Positions 13,278 to 27,394 of a DNA stretch of 64,000 bases are shown here, one piece after another (positions within the stretch are counted from its first letter, which is position 1; the number at the start of each line of letters is the position of its first letter). Below the pieces are notes generated by a model, which was not told the origin of the DNA, searched no databases, and saw only the letters and a list, made by a program, of their open reading frames with translations. The position numbers and the translations under genes are program-made. This DNA comes from Raja brachyura (Eukaryota): the NCBI GenBank assembly GCA_963514005.1, contig OY740798.1, positions 21,142,001 through 21,206,000 of the forward strand, given 5' to 3'.

Positions 13278-15343
13278 CTGCGCCACTGTGCCACCCTAAA
13301 TGGAAATTTTAGTTATTTCCATTCGCTCTCAAAAAGAATCAGATGCATCGTTACCGCAACAATACCATGGCATGTTGCAAAACCACGTACCTCTTCCCCC
13401 CCCCCCCCAAATTGACTGGTTAAACTATTTTCATTCCTTTTACCCAATACCATGATGGGGCTTCCAAATAAGAACATTTCTAAAGCCACAAGTAACTCAG
13501 GTCAGCTTGCATCTCTGGAGAACATGAACATGTTTTGTGTCATGATCCTTCTGAGTTACTCCAGTACTTTGTATCCTTTTATGTATTAACCAACACCTAC
13601 AGTTCCTTGTTGAAAAATGTTGAGCCATTATCTTTGTCCTGAAAAAAGATTTATGAAATATCCTCAAAAATTAAATGACTAGTGACCTTCGTCCAGCACA
13701 AAATATGCTAAGGTTGTATTTGACCATGGTGCAGACATCATAAAATGGACCATGAATATTACCAGTCAGGACAGTATGAAAATAGTTTACCTTGTCAAGT
13801 GCAACGGTTTTCTCATCCAGAGGACTACATCCAATTTGTGGTTCATATTTATGCTTATATATAAAGTGTGGCTATGTGTTTTTCCCCAGTGGCTTTATTC
13901 ACAAATGGTCAAGCATGTTTTAATTTAAAATAGTATTGTCAAATGAAAAACGTAAAGCATTATACAAATTAAATAAAAGATTCAGTAAAAAATCAACAGC
14001 ATTATGGCAAGAGAGAGAGGGAGAACTAAGCATTTTGATCAGAACCATAACCGTTTCTCTTTTCCACAATGCTCCCCATTATGGTTAATGTGCATTCAAT
14101 CAGCTGCAATCTCTCCACTATTTTTTTTAAAAAGTTGTTTATAGGCATATAAAATTTATGTTGTGTCACAGAACTGATAAGGATAGTCAAGCACTTGGAA
14201 TGTAATACGGCCGCGGGACTTGCTAGTGCCCGCCGGGAGCTCCAAAATCAAGACCCGGAGCGTGGCCTTGCATCGCCCGGCGCGGCCTTAATGGCTGCGG
14301 GACTCGCTCGCTGGGGGCTTTGACTTTGACATTGGGAGGATAATGGGGAGTGCAGGGGAGAGATAAGACTTTGCCTTCCATCACAGTGAGGAGGAGGAGA
14401 TTCGCTGTGATGGATGTTTGTGTAAATTGTGTTGTGTCTTGGTTCTTTTTGTTGTTTGAAACCAAATTTAGTTTGAACTTAGGTTCAAATGACAACAAAT
14501 AAATTGTATTATATTGCAAGGATATTTAATTCCTTGATTCTCCCATCCAACCAAATCATGGCTCATCTGCATTTCGACATCCACTTGTAAACACACAGTG
14601 CTGGAGTAACTCATAGGGTCAGACAGCATCTCTGGAGGACATAGATACGTGATGTTTCAGGTCAGGGCCCTTTCTCAGAGCCAACCCGAAATGTCACCTA
14701 TCCAGATTCTCGAGAGACGCTGCCTGATCTGATGAGTTACTGTGGCACTTTGCTTTTGTAAACCAGCACCTGCATTTAATGTATCTAGTCTTAACTCCTA
14801 CTAACCTTGGATCCACAATACTTAATAAATGTAATGAAAATTTCAATTTCAATTTGAAACTTCAATGAACGAGCCTCGTCATTGAGTTATTAAGGTTTGA
14901 GTTCCAGATTTCTATCTTTTGTGAACTGGCATTTCCTGAAATTCATCCTACGTGGAGTGGCATTTATTCAAATCTAGTCCATGCCTTTATTATTTTCTAA
15001 AGTGCAAATGATTGAAAAATCTTAAAATGCAGGATTTTTTTTTTTGCCTGTGCTAAACATGGACTTTAAACAAGAACAAATAGAGCAGATTAGGATGAGT
15101 TTATAGTGACAGCACATTTCTTTATTAAATTTTAGGCACCACCTTCGAAATAGTTTTCTGTTAGACGAATATTTGATCTGGAGAAGGGAGGAAGTTATGC
15201 ATTCAATTTACAGATTAAATATCAAAACATGAAAAACTGAAATCGCTGTTGCGATATCAGAGTCCCAATTAGACTCGCGTTTATTTAAAATTATGGCCCA
15301 AGCCTCCTGTAGTGGTGCAACTAGGCCCCGTGCCCTCTCTTAC

Positions 15344-15538
15344 CTTCTTCTTCTCCATGTTGCGCACTTTCTTGTCGATGACATTGAGAACTTGTCTGAG
15401 CGCTTCGTTCTGCGGGTGTGCCGCCTGCCCCTGTCCGATCTGGAGACTCACCGCTGCGGCGGCGGCGGCCTCGGCTCCGACGGCGGAAGAGGATCGGGAT
15501 TCGGCCGCTTTTGTGGCGGTGGCGGTGGCAGCTGGCAT
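15344..15538 (-). CDS. CAPRIN1: Caprin-1 first coding exon, proximal copy (65 codons, MPAATATATK...VIDKKVRNMEKKK)
   Basis: Resembles CAPRIN1 N-terminus (MPSAT...EAMKQILGVIDKKLRNLEKKK). Ends at a GTAAGA donor in phase 0 and joins in frame to 1011-1073. Confidence 0.92.
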
Positions 15539-15835
15539 TTTCGCTCCTTCTCTTTTGCGAGTTTAAATTGATGTTTTGTAATTTTTGTTCCTTTTGTTTT
15601 TCGGGGAAAATGTGCTGTGAAACAAGCGCTGGAGAGGAAAAAGTTCCGACTTTTTGTTGAGATAACGTGGAGAAGCAGCCGGAGCTCTCTCCGCGCGACA
15701 GCACCCGAGACTGAGGGGCGGGAGCACGCAGCGAGCGCGCACTCGCGGCCAAAGCCTCGGCCCAGGACCCCGACGCCCGCCTGCGCCTCCATGCCACAAA
15801 GCGGCCCCCGACCCACCGGCAGCCACCAACTGTGA
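15539..15835 (-). promoter_or_regulatory. CpG-rich 5'UTR/promoter region of proximal CAPRIN1 exon
   Basis: High CpG density and a GC box (GGGGCGGG at about 15715). Homologous to 44055-44345. Confidence 0.6.
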
Positions 15836-18800
15836 ATGCAACGCATTTTTTTGTAATTGTTTTTAAATGCTTGTACAATGGTTGTCTTTATTTAATTGAC
15901 TGGTGTCCGTTGATGAAATGCAGCAAATATTTCAGGCACTTTTCAGGGCACTGGGTACAAACTAAGAACGGAAGAGCCACTAGGGAGCGAGCTCGGCACC
16001 AGGCCCAGCTGCCACAAGTGAAACCCAGAGAAATCAACCAGCACTTTCTCATACCGAAGAGAACTAGATTGCACTTCGAGACAGTTGTACTTTAAAAAAA
16101 AAACCATGTGACATTGGTCGTACAATGTGTGGGTCGGCAGACTTTAAAGAAATCATAGCGCAGAACGCAAGGCGATTTGAATATTTTATTAGGAGTACAA
16201 TCAATTGAAAAATACTTTCAATGTGCATACTTAAAGCTCGCAAATTCCTTTGTCGCATACAAACTCGTCACCAGAAGATGCTTCCAACTGTGCCTCGAAC
16301 TGTTCAATTAGGTCTTACCAATAGGAATATCAACGCCCCGTGATAAAACGAGACCATGTTTTAAGGCCTATGTTGAAGCAGCTTTCCTCCTCTCTTTTTC
16401 CTATCATGTTAAATTGTTAATCTGAAGAGGTAATTGTTCAATCCGTTCCACTGCCCGATCGCAAAAGCCAAATCATAAGATAATTTATAGAATTAACGTT
16501 AAATGTTACTGTTAATCCTATTAAAAATTTAAACATATATATTCAAAAACGAGCATTTAAACGTCATATCTTGTCCAGCAGGAAATAAAAATTTACGGGT
16601 GGTGGAAAGCCGAATTAAAATGGAAATGTTTAAAACAGTTGGGTCAGGCAATTAAGGCTGAACAAAGACTGTTTGAGATGATCAGAAACCATTTTCTGCC
16701 CCACAATTCTGCCATATTTTACTGTTGAATTCAAACATCTATGTTTATGCTGGTCTCTACTCCTAACAACTAAATTTATATGATCGCATTCCAAGTTATT
16801 TGGCTTTAGTCACCACTGCAATGAAAAAAAAGTAATAATTTCCCGTCCCACACTTGGCCATCTCTCAAATGTCCAAACTGCATCCAAACATAAAAAGGAA
16901 TATTGGCTCAATAAAACAATTAGATAATTCAAATAATTGAACAGTAGACCATATATGCGAAAAGGAATTACAGATGCTGGTATATACTGAAGATAAGACA
17001 CAAAGTGCTGTAGTATTTCAGCAGGTCAGGCAGCATCTCTTGAGAAAGATGATGGGTGACGTTTTGGGTCGGGGCCCTTCTTCAGACATGTATTCAGTCC
17101 CTTTCTCTTATCCCTAAATGGAAACAATGATACCCCAATGACAGAAAAGGCTTTTTCAGTTTATTTTAAAGCCTCTTTGGCAAGGAGAATAATTAACTTC
17201 AAATGAACCCTCTTTACAAAATGGAGACATAAGACATGATTGAAAGAAGCAGCATGGGAACAGGTCCACTGAGCCAATGCCCATGGTACCTCACTGACAT
17301 CCACACCCAACACACTAGGGTCAATTGAACAGAGGCCAATTAACCTACAAACCTGTACATCTTTGGGATGTGGGAGGAAACCCACTCGGCCAGAAGGCAA
17401 ACATGCACATTTCATACAAGGTCAAGATTGAACCCGGATGTCTGGCACAAGGAGGCAACAGCTCTACCAACTGCCACTTGAGATAGAGTAACTCAGCAGG
17501 CCAGATAGTATCTGTGGAGGGAAAACGGCAGGTGATATCTTGTATTGTGATCCTTCTTCAAATTCTTTACAAAGTGTTTGGACACAAATGCCTTGTCATT
17601 ACCAACATCTTGTTTCATCACAAACACAAAATATGTCATGACAACACCCCAGTGCCAGAAACTATTCGACTTCACTGACCAAGCAAGACTCCCTCCCCAT
17701 CACTCAAGCCTTGGCTACCATCAATGACCATTAAGCTAACCACCTCCTATTCTGCATTGTTATCTCCACCAGCCCAGTTCAAATCAACAGCAATGGCAGA
17801 AAGTGTCACAAACCACATTAACTATGCTCTTCTCAGACTGAGCCTTGCAAACAATCCAACAATTCCTAGCCAACAGGAGTGTCCATAGAATAGCTGGAAG
17901 TCTACCATAATTGGCAGCTGTAAAGACATTCAGTTTCCATATGAGAAAACATCAGGTCTGGTTGGACCAGATGATCTAGGAGCTAATTAACCACAAACAC
18001 AAAGTGTTCTTGGATTGGAAACTCCATCTCAACTCAAGGGAAAACAAAGCGACCTACAGGCACTGAAGACTGGAGTGCGACAGTAAATCTGTAACAAAGA
18101 ACAGAGAGTGGGCTGGAAGAGCCGAATTTCTGCCTTGGGCATTTGGTTGGCCATGATGATGCTCAAGAATCCACAAGTTATTATCACAATAATCTGCTGG
18201 CCCTCTGCTCCCCACTCTCACTTTTTCTTTAGCTCACAGAGTTTCTGCTGCACCTTGGTCTTTGCGTTCTTTAAAGGAGTCCCTTTTCCCTCAAAGCATG
18301 GTTGACTTTACAATCCAGGATTGCCCACCGTATGCAGTTCATTAGTTTGTGGTTCTCCTGGTCATTCTCATTATGTTGATCGCAGTTCTTTCTGACAGAA
18401 GAGACGAGAGTCACATCCAGGTTCAATTTTGGTGAAACCTAACTGATCACACAGTTCACACATTGTTGACACACTGCTATTCCTGTTGACTGGGAGTTTT
18501 CAGGTTGTTCAGGTCCCTAAGGCGATATTGTTCAAGTTAAATATGTCAAGGAATCATCAAACAATCAAGATATTTGAGATCTAGAATTGTGCAATGCAGC
18601 AAGCTTATGCAGCAAGTAATAATGTTCCTCGTCAGTGGCCTTTCCTACTTTAAATTATGAAAAATAAATACAGTAAAATTCCTATAATCTGACACCCATG
18701 GGACGTTTGGTGTTACCAGAGCAGCAGATGTTCTGGACTATTGGATCCGACTCCTCTTAACACCTAAAACACTTGCATTTCACTATTTTAACATTATACA

Positions 18801-19189
18801 CAGAAATAATAGATTTTTCTAGTGAATCCAGTGAGTTTGAAGGGAGTGGAAAATATATAAACACTGACCCTGGCTCCAACCACATAGCTCACTTGCACTC
18901 AGGTTTGCTGTTGCACCTTCAATGGTCTTCCGTGCTTGTTAATCTGTTTTCCCTTGAAGCGTGATGTGCCCCTGCCTTATGCCAAACCATAATAATATTT
19001 GCATTGTCTTTGTTGGAACTCCAAGGGTGAAAAGCAAAAATAGTATTTACAATCCGAAAGATTCCCAGAGCCTCAGCATGAACACTCCTGCTGTGACCCT
19101 GGAAGCAGCTGAAAAAGTATATCTGGACATTAAAACATTCTAGAAAATTCCACATGAGTAGAAATTGGCACATTAACTGGAAGAGCAGA

Positions 19190-19646
19190 GTTTAGAAATA
19201 TGACAGACATAGCTCACCTTGAAGAAATGAGACTCCGCCTAATAGATAAATATGACCAATTCTTAAGCAGTTGGTCCCCTTTCATCGACTTTTTGGAATC
19301 ATGTGATACAGCAGTACCGTAAAGATTACTGATTTCAGGTCAGGTCGCGGATAGAATTACATCTCTGAACAAAGATTTGAAAATTTTCTTTTTTAAGGGT
19401 CTTTTTCTCCTATTTCTACTTTCTCTTTTTTTTAATAAACACACTTCACGTTTTTCTATTTTCTACTATCTATTTTTCCTCTCTATCTCTTGTCTTTTTT
19501 TTAACTTTTCAAAAACATAAAACTAGAGGTTGTACATAGAATGTATTACGTTATGACATATTATTATTAAAATTAGGTGCCACTGTATTGTTTTGTATTG
19601 TATTAACTTCTAATAAAATAAACAAAAACAAAAAACAAAAAAAAAC
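19190..19646 (+). mobile_element. L1/Tx1-type LINE 3' end
   Basis: ORF2-like C-terminus (MTDIAHLEEMRLRLIDKYDQFLSSWSPFIDFL), T-rich 3'UTR, AATAAA and A-rich tail. Confidence 0.65.
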
Positions 19647-20349
19647 TGGGAGACCCGAACGTATTACCATGAATTAATGACGATTTGCTGTATAAACAGT
19701 CGAGTCAGGGTCATACAGCACAGACTGGGTCCTCAGCCCAATTTGCCCATGCCGCCTAAGATGCCCTAAGATATTCCGATTTGCCTGCGTTTGACCAATA
19801 TCCCACTAAGCCTTTTCTATTTATGAGCCTATCCAAATATCTTTTAAATGTTGTTATTGTGCTTGCCTCAACACTTACCTCTGGCAACATGTCCCCTACA
19901 CCCACCACCCTGTATGCAAAATTTGCCCCTCAGGTTCCCATTAAATCTTTCCCCTCACTAGATATCAATAATAGTTCTCGATTCTGCTACCCTGGGAAAA
20001 AAAGGCTCTGGTCATTCACTCTATCTATTCCCCTCATGATTTTATACATTCCTCTATAAGATCACCCCTCAGCCTCCTGTTGCTCCAAGGAATAAAGTCC
20101 TGATCTGACCAACCTCATACTATAGCTCAGGCCCTCGAGTCCTGGCAACATTCTCATAAACCTTCTCTGCAGCAATTCCAACAATGGCAATCTTCCTATA
20201 GAAGGGTTACCAAGACTGAACACAATGCTCCATATGAAGCTTCACCAACATGGTGTATAACTTTGAACACCGATTTTCCAACATCCTTGGTACCAGAACC
20301 TTTCTGGATTATCCGTTTACCTGAACCAACAGTGGTCACATGATAATGA

Positions 20350-21126
20350 AAAGCCCGCTAATAACACTCCCCCCGTATCTCTAAAGCACCATGACGTGCC
20401 AGAAACTTAAATAAAACAAATATAAAATGTAAACTGAATGTGAATAGAATGGCCTGCTGACCCATTCCCAGCTCCCACCGTCTCCCTGGCCGTTTAGGGA
20501 CCCGGCTTCTGACTCCACTCCCAACTCGCAAGATGCACCAGAGCCCTTCTTCACTCACCGCATGGTTGGTGACATGGCTGTTGTCATGGGTCACATTGTA
20601 GCCCCTGGCGACAGCGCTTTCTTGAGGGTGCCGCCACCGATTAACGCGTTCGGTCACCGTTGGGCTCCTTCCCCTCTCACCTGCTGTCGCTTCCAAGGTG
20701 AAGTATGTCAGCAACTTCGGGGGGGGGGGGGGGGGGGGGGGGGGAGGAGGGGGGGGATGTAGAAAAAGGCCGATTGGACAAAGCTAAGGGAGAAGCAGGC
20801 CATGGCAGTCTTGCGGGAAACAGACAAAGCCAATATCTAGAAACAGCAGCAGGTGAGAGGGGAGGAAGCCCCATGGTGACCAAGCGCGTTAGTTGGTTGT
20901 GGCGGCACGAAGAAAGCACTGTTCCAAAGGGCTATGACATGAGCCACATCAACTACTATGTCAACAGACTGTGCAGTGGGTGAAGAAGGGCTCGCTGTTG
21001 ATCCTTGTGAATCAGGAGTGGTGACTCAACGGTCGGGGAGAGGTTGCGAGCCAGAGATGGGTGGGCAGGTCTATAGGCTATATCCAAAATCCATGAAGGG
21101 GGTCTGTTAAATGAGGGTTTACCGTA
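20350..21126. mobile_element. Old palindromic non-autonomous element (possible Tc1/mariner MITE)
   Basis: Diverged inverted arms at about 20470-20700 and 20835-21065 around a poly-G spacer. The right end reads TACGGTAAACCCTC on the minus strand. Confidence 0.5.
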
Positions 21127-23447
21127 GTGCCTTTGTGAAACAGTTAGGAAAGAAGATTCAGAGCATAATTGAACAGGGATTTCGGGAAGCAGCCCTTTAA
21201 AGGTGCCCAGTAAATTAGAGAAGGCTTGACAGGGAGTTCAGAGTTCCAGAGGGCAACAACAAAATGGTGGGAGATGGGGTTGTTGGGTGCCAGGCAGAGT
21301 AGAAACACAGAAAACTTGTACATTGAGCCAGCCGAGATAGAATTAGACAAGGCCAAGGAGAGATTTCAATATTTAGATGTAAACAAATTACTCTTTCGCG
21401 ACAGAGAAACATGAGCCAAAAGAGCCATCACCACTCGCAATACCATCTACAGCAGTTCAAGGAATTTCAACTGAGCTCGTAACTTTTCTCTGGATTATGG
21501 TGGGGGTGGCAGACCATCAGTTGCCGGAGAAATCGGTGTTCAACCTGTTTGCACTTGTACGCTTTGATCCATCTGCTCCACAACACTCCCCAGGGCCCTA
21601 CAATTCACTGTGATGGTCCTGCCCTGGTCTGACTTCCCAAATTGCAACATCACATTCTTATCAAATTAAACTCCATGAGCCATTCCTCAGCCCATGTGCC
21701 CAGTTGACCAAGATCATGTAATTCTTGATAACCATCTTCAATGTCTATGACACCACCAATCTCAGGGTCATCTGCAAATTTTTAATGAACTTTAAAGCAA
21801 AACTTAATAAAATAAACCCGCAACATTTAGGAATCCCAAAGGTATGCAAGACTATTATTACAAAAGGGACAATAACTTACGAGTCATTCTCCCATATAGA
21901 GCCTCCGCAAGACCACACAATCTTATTTTCCCTAACCAAAGATTTGACTCTCAGAGAATGCAACAAACCAGCATCTAATATCAAAACATCCTTACAAAAA
22001 AAAAATCACAAGGAAGATGCCAAAGATAAAAATTCCAATAAAACACAGAAGGGAAGCTTCTGACAGCCGCCGCTGGGCCGTGCAAGAGCGGACCTGGCGG
22101 CCGACCGAGAACAAGGTCGGACACAACGGCCATTGCAAACATCAGGCAGCAAGCCAAGAACAAGCACGGACCTGGCAACTGATGAGAACAAAGACCTGAT
22201 GGGCCACCAGCTGAGGTACGCCGATTCGCCTCAGCGAAGAAGGGCCTGCTGGGCCGTTGCCTGCGAGGGGAAGCTTGGAAGTCCCGAAGAAAGGAGACTC
22301 ATGGAGGGAGCGCTGGCTAAGGACGCGAGGAGAGGACTAGTAGGTGTGGGACCGGGGTATTGCCTCCAGCCCCTTCAAGGTCGGCTGCAGGCGGCGCCCC
22401 GCGCGACACAGAGGCGGTCTGGCAAGGAGATAGATGTCGGGCGCGGGCCTGCAGCAGCCTGGGTTTTACCTGGGCTTCAAACATGTGGACCGGACTTTGG
22501 ACCTTTTCTTTGTAAACAGCGCCAAAATATGGCAACTGTGCATTTGTGGGTTGTGCAAAATAATTTCACTGCGGTGCATACGTGACAATAAAGAACCATT
22601 AAAACCCTGTCTGTCTGGTGACATGTGGTTTGATAATCCAATGTTTTTGAAACATATTTTAACAGATACAAGATACATTTATTTGTCACGTGTGCCAATT
22701 GGCACAGTGAAATGAAATTAACATGTATCATTTGAATATTTTAAACATTACAGCTATGATAAAAAGTTATAATTACAAATCTGACAAACTTGTACAAAGC
22801 CTCACACATACAGGATTCTGAAATGATACCATTTTCTCTGTCCAACCTCACCTTGTATATTGATCATACAATCATACCTCATCCAATATATGAACATTTC
22901 CAGGTTAAATGTCATTCCCCTTTGTAATTTTAAAACTAGTTACCATAATGATATGAAGCTATATCTTTGTCCAATGTTAAATTATACACATTAATTTTTC
23001 AAAATAAATTAATTGTTCTATAATGTACCAACAAATACAAGGTAACTGTGGAAAGACCCATACTGCTATAAAGACGTCTGGTCTGTTGTCCAATCTCCAA
23101 GAAGCAGTTAAAACCCATTTATATTCAAAAGTTCCCATCATTATAAAAACTAATTCAATTAGTACAAAAAAAGCAATTAGGGTATCTCATATTAATATTT
23201 GGGTAGCCAATACCAAGTACTAAACCAACAAAAACAATTATTTAATGAAAGTTGTAAAGTTTTCACATTTGTAAATTTCCAGATGACTTCACAAAATGTA
23301 GAAGCTGAAGTACATGTGAAAATAATTCAATTTTAATACTATTTATTCTTGGTTACATCTACCATTAATCTTGTTAATTAAACATTGCTATTATTTCCGT
23401 CCTGTATTCAAGGTCTTTTTTCCCCCAATGAAGATCAAGGCAGTTAA

Positions 23448-23875
23448 TAGACAATAGGTGCAGGAGTAGGCTATTCGGCCCTTCAAGCCAGCATTCAATG
23501 TGATCATGGCTGATCATCCCCAATCAGTACCCCGTTCCTGCCTTCTCCCCATATCCCCTGACTCCGCTATTTTTAAGAGCCCTATCTACCTCTCTCTTGT
23601 AAGCACCCAGAGAACCTGCCTCCATCGCCCTCGGAGGCAGAGAATTCCACAGACTCACCACTCTCTGTGAGAAAAAGTGTTTCCTTGTCTCCGTTCTAAA
23701 TGGCTTGCTCCTTATTCTTAAACTGTGGCCCCTGGTTCTGGACTCCCCCAACATCGGGAACATGTTTCCTGCCTCTAGTGTGTCCAAGCCCTTAACAATC
23801 TTATATGTTTCAATGTGATTCCCTCTCATCCTTCTAAACTCCAGCCCAGCTGCTCCATTCTATCAGCATATGACA
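23448..23875 (-). mobile_element. CR1 LINE 3' fragment
   Basis: ORF 23524-23829 RGHSLRI...FFSQRVVSLWNSLP. Confidence 0.85.
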
Positions 23876-25569
23876 TGATATTATGTTGAATGATATTACA
23901 CTGACAAAAACAATTAGTACAATAATGGAGTTGGGGAATTGGGGTGGTCATTTGCAAAAAAAAGCCTCACATCAGAGTTCCCGTTTCTAATTTGTATCCA
24001 ATGATTCCTATTGTATGCTGTGCGGTGTTCATAGTCATTTTGCAAGGTGTTCAGATATTTGCATGGGTTTGTCGGCGGCCTGCCGCCACATGTAATTTTA
24101 TAGCTAACCGAAGGATGTTGAGAAAATGGAAATAGATACATGATGTGTATTCTCAGAAGAAACTCTTTACAGTATTGAATCGATTGTGCCTATATTCATT
24201 TAAGTTCTGAACAGTGATGGCTGACTGTCCCGCGTCCATCATATTGGCTGCAGCAGGCTGTCAACGTATTTTAATTTTTGTAAGCTTTTCTATGATATGT
24301 GCAACTCCTAGTGTTGGAAATGGTGAGAATACACATACATGTGCAGACATCAAATGTTACATTCATGGGAAAGATTATTTTTGAAAAACAATTTGTATAG
24401 TTAAAATCAATAGACATATCCTAAGTTACTATAATCAAAGAATTTCTCTATGAAAAGCAGACCAAAGCACCAACATATGGTCTACTGCCATGTTCAATTG
24501 ATTCAAATATGAAATCATTTATAAGCACATTAAACATTAATTAAAAATTGATTCAATTCAATCACAAAGATATGGTATCGCAATATTTATAGATTTATAT
24601 CTCAGTGACATAATTTGTTTTTTAAATAGCCTTGGAAGTCTTCTCCGCAAAATGGTTCTATTTGCCACAATAAAACACCAGCTGGCAATAATTCAATCAT
24701 GCAGTATTACATTTTGCTTTCAGAATGCAGCCTTTTTTTTTTTAAATGTCAGGGCTCGAAATTAGCGGGTGCCCGGGTGCCATTGACCACAGAAAGTGCC
24801 GCCGGGCAACCTAAACCGTGACTCATTTTGCCCGGCTTGGCACGCAAATACTGGTTTATACCGGGAGACGCGAAAAAACTGTAGTAACTCCGCGGGTCAG
24901 GCAGCATCTCTGGCGAATAGGAACTGACGTTTCGTGTCGGCGGCGGCTGTATTCCTCTAGTATCTTTCATTGCAAGGCAAAGATAGCAGGGGCGTAGCAG
25001 GGTGACGAAGGGTCGGAGCGAATGACGGGCCCCCAACAGCGGCAGCAGCGGCTCCACCGCTCCTCCTCCCGCACCCCGCCCGGCGGAAGGAGGCCTCCCT
25101 CCCCCCCGGCCTCGGCGTGCGAGAGGTTGCTTTGAAAGCGCCTTTTGCAGATTTGCCATCAGCGGTCGCTTTCGCCCTGATTACGGTCACTGCTTGCGCT
25201 TTCAAAACAACTCTTCTCGCACGCCGAGGCCAGGAGGAGGGAGGGAGGCGGAGGCGGAGGTCTCCTTCCACCGTCTGAAGCAGCTGCACCTATATAGCTA
25301 TAGGATCTTTGATCTGCACCGCTCGGCCCCGCGCCTACCTGTCGGCTGGCGGAGGAGAGGAGGTGATTGCGAGGAGCTCCCAACCGCCACCCCCTTTGGT
25401 GGCGGCACTTTGGCGTTGGACAGCGACGGCCAAGGCAGCGGGGCGATGTTGTCCGAGGAGCGCTGACCTTCCTCCCTCCCCACCTCCTCTGCCCCTACCC
25501 CCCCCCCCCTCTCTCTCTCTCTCTCTCGTACGCCACCCCTCTTATCCTGGGACCCCTCCTCTCCATCCC

Positions 25570-26400
25570 GCACTGATCCCCATTCCCTCCTCTATTCAGT
25601 CCTCACTGACATCCCCTGTGCTCCCCTCCCCATCTACCCCCCCCCCAAATCTATTCATCATCCGACCCACCTCGCATTGATTCTCCTGCCACCCACCCCC
25701 CCCCCCCCCATCCATCCTACACTGGTCCCCCAATTCATCCTGTACTGACCCCCCCCTTCCCATCCATCCTGCACTTCTCCCCCCATTCATACTGCACTGA
25801 TCCACCCATTCATCCCGTACTGACCCACCCTCCATTTACCCTGCACCAATCCCTCCCATCCATCCTGTAGTGATCTCCCCATTCATCTTTTACTGATCCA
25901 CCATTCACCCTGTACTGATCCCCTCATGCATCCTGCACTGATCCCCTCATGCATCCTGTACTGATCCCCTCATTCATCCCGTACTGATCCCCCATTCATC
26001 CGATACTGATCCCCTCATTCATCCTGTACTGATCCCCTCATTCATCCTGTAGTGATCCCCCATTCATCCTGCATAGACCCTCCGATCCACACTGTCCTGA
26101 CCCCCCCCCCCATTCATCCTGTACTGCTCCCCCCCCCCCCCCATTCATCCTGTGCTGATCCCCCCCCCCATCCATCCTGTAATGATCCCCCCCATTCAAG
26201 AAGAATGCGGGAACAGTCTGAAGAAGGGTCTCGACCCGAAACGTTGCCCATTTCTTTAGCTCCATCGAATACCGCACTCACACGCTGAATTTCTCCAGCA
26301 TTTTTGTCTACCCCCATCCATCCTGTACTGAACCCCCATCCATCCTATACTGATCCTCCCCCCCCCCATCCATCCCGTACTGATCCCCCCCCATTCAACA
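25570..26400. repeat. Minisatellite of about 20-22 bp (CATCCTGTACTGATCCCCYCATT) inside DNA transposon
   Basis: Many degenerate tandem units. A matching array lies at about 33620-34400. Confidence 0.85.
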
Positions 26401-27190
26401 CCACTGACATCTCCCGTGCTCTCCCCTCACAATTTTACATACTCCAACCAACACGTACTAATACACCTGCCTCAATCCATCTATTCAGCACCGATTGCCT
26501 TCTCAACGCCCCCCCCCCCCATCTATCCACCCCGGACTGATTCACACCCCCTGACCCTATTGTGCTTCATGGTCTTCAGAGGGAACATTGATTATGTTTG
26601 ATAACGGAATGTAATCAAATGTGTTTTAATTCCCAATGTTATTATTTGTTTTGACACCTTTAAAGATATTACCAAAAGAACATTTGCTGCAGTTATGTCC
26701 TTTGGCCATCTCTTGTCAGTTAGTGTCATGTTTAACCTGTCAGATGGGTATAGTCGGTTTTAACAGCTATTATCATAAAATACCTTTAGAAATTTCTTTG
26801 CAACCTGTATATTTTGTTATGGATAAATTATGTGGGAAGCCAGAGTTTTTCTGTACCTATAGCAATAACGACCCATGCGATGGCCATGTCATGGTAATTT
26901 TCTGTCCTTCACAGAAAACATGCTTGCATCAATCTGTAGTGTGTATGGTTAAGCATATATGTTACCATGGTCCAGGATTTATTGACACAGGTTGATCATA
27001 TGCTGAATAATCCAACTACATTTTTGTTTGGAAGTGGAAAGAACTAATAGAAGTTGCATTCATTGCAATGTGTAAAAAGAGTTGAGATATTGTATTATAA
27101 TTTTGCTGCATGTCATTGTGGTATATATCATGTCTTGATTGGTGAATGTTTAGTTTGTGAGTTATTTGAAGCAGAAATAATATGTGAATG

Positions 27191-27394
27191 TAGACAAAAG
27201 TGCTGGAGAAACTCAGCGGATGCAGCAGCATCTATGGAGCGAAGAAAATAAGCAACATTTCGTGCCAAAACCCTTCTTCAGGGCCTAAAACGTTGCCTAT
27301 TTCCTTCGCTCCATAGATGCTGCTGCACCCGCTGAGTTTCTCCAGCACTTTTGTCTACCTTTGATTTTCCAGCATCTGCAGTGCCTTCTTGAAC
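27191..27394. mobile_element. Palindromic Penelope-terminus-derived insertion with 14-bp TSD
   Basis: Inverted arms flanked by ATAATATGTGAATG. Absent from the paralogous site at about 35127-35140. Confidence 0.8.

Noticed and set aside
15281-15343. ORF-track extensions of the CAPRIN1 ORFs past KKK (also 43680-43862)
   Set aside because: Read-through into the intron after the GTAAGA donor; the two copies are unrelated there.
25570-26400. CRISPR-like regularly repeated array
   Set aside because: No unique spacers; it is a degenerate minisatellite in eukaryotic DNA.
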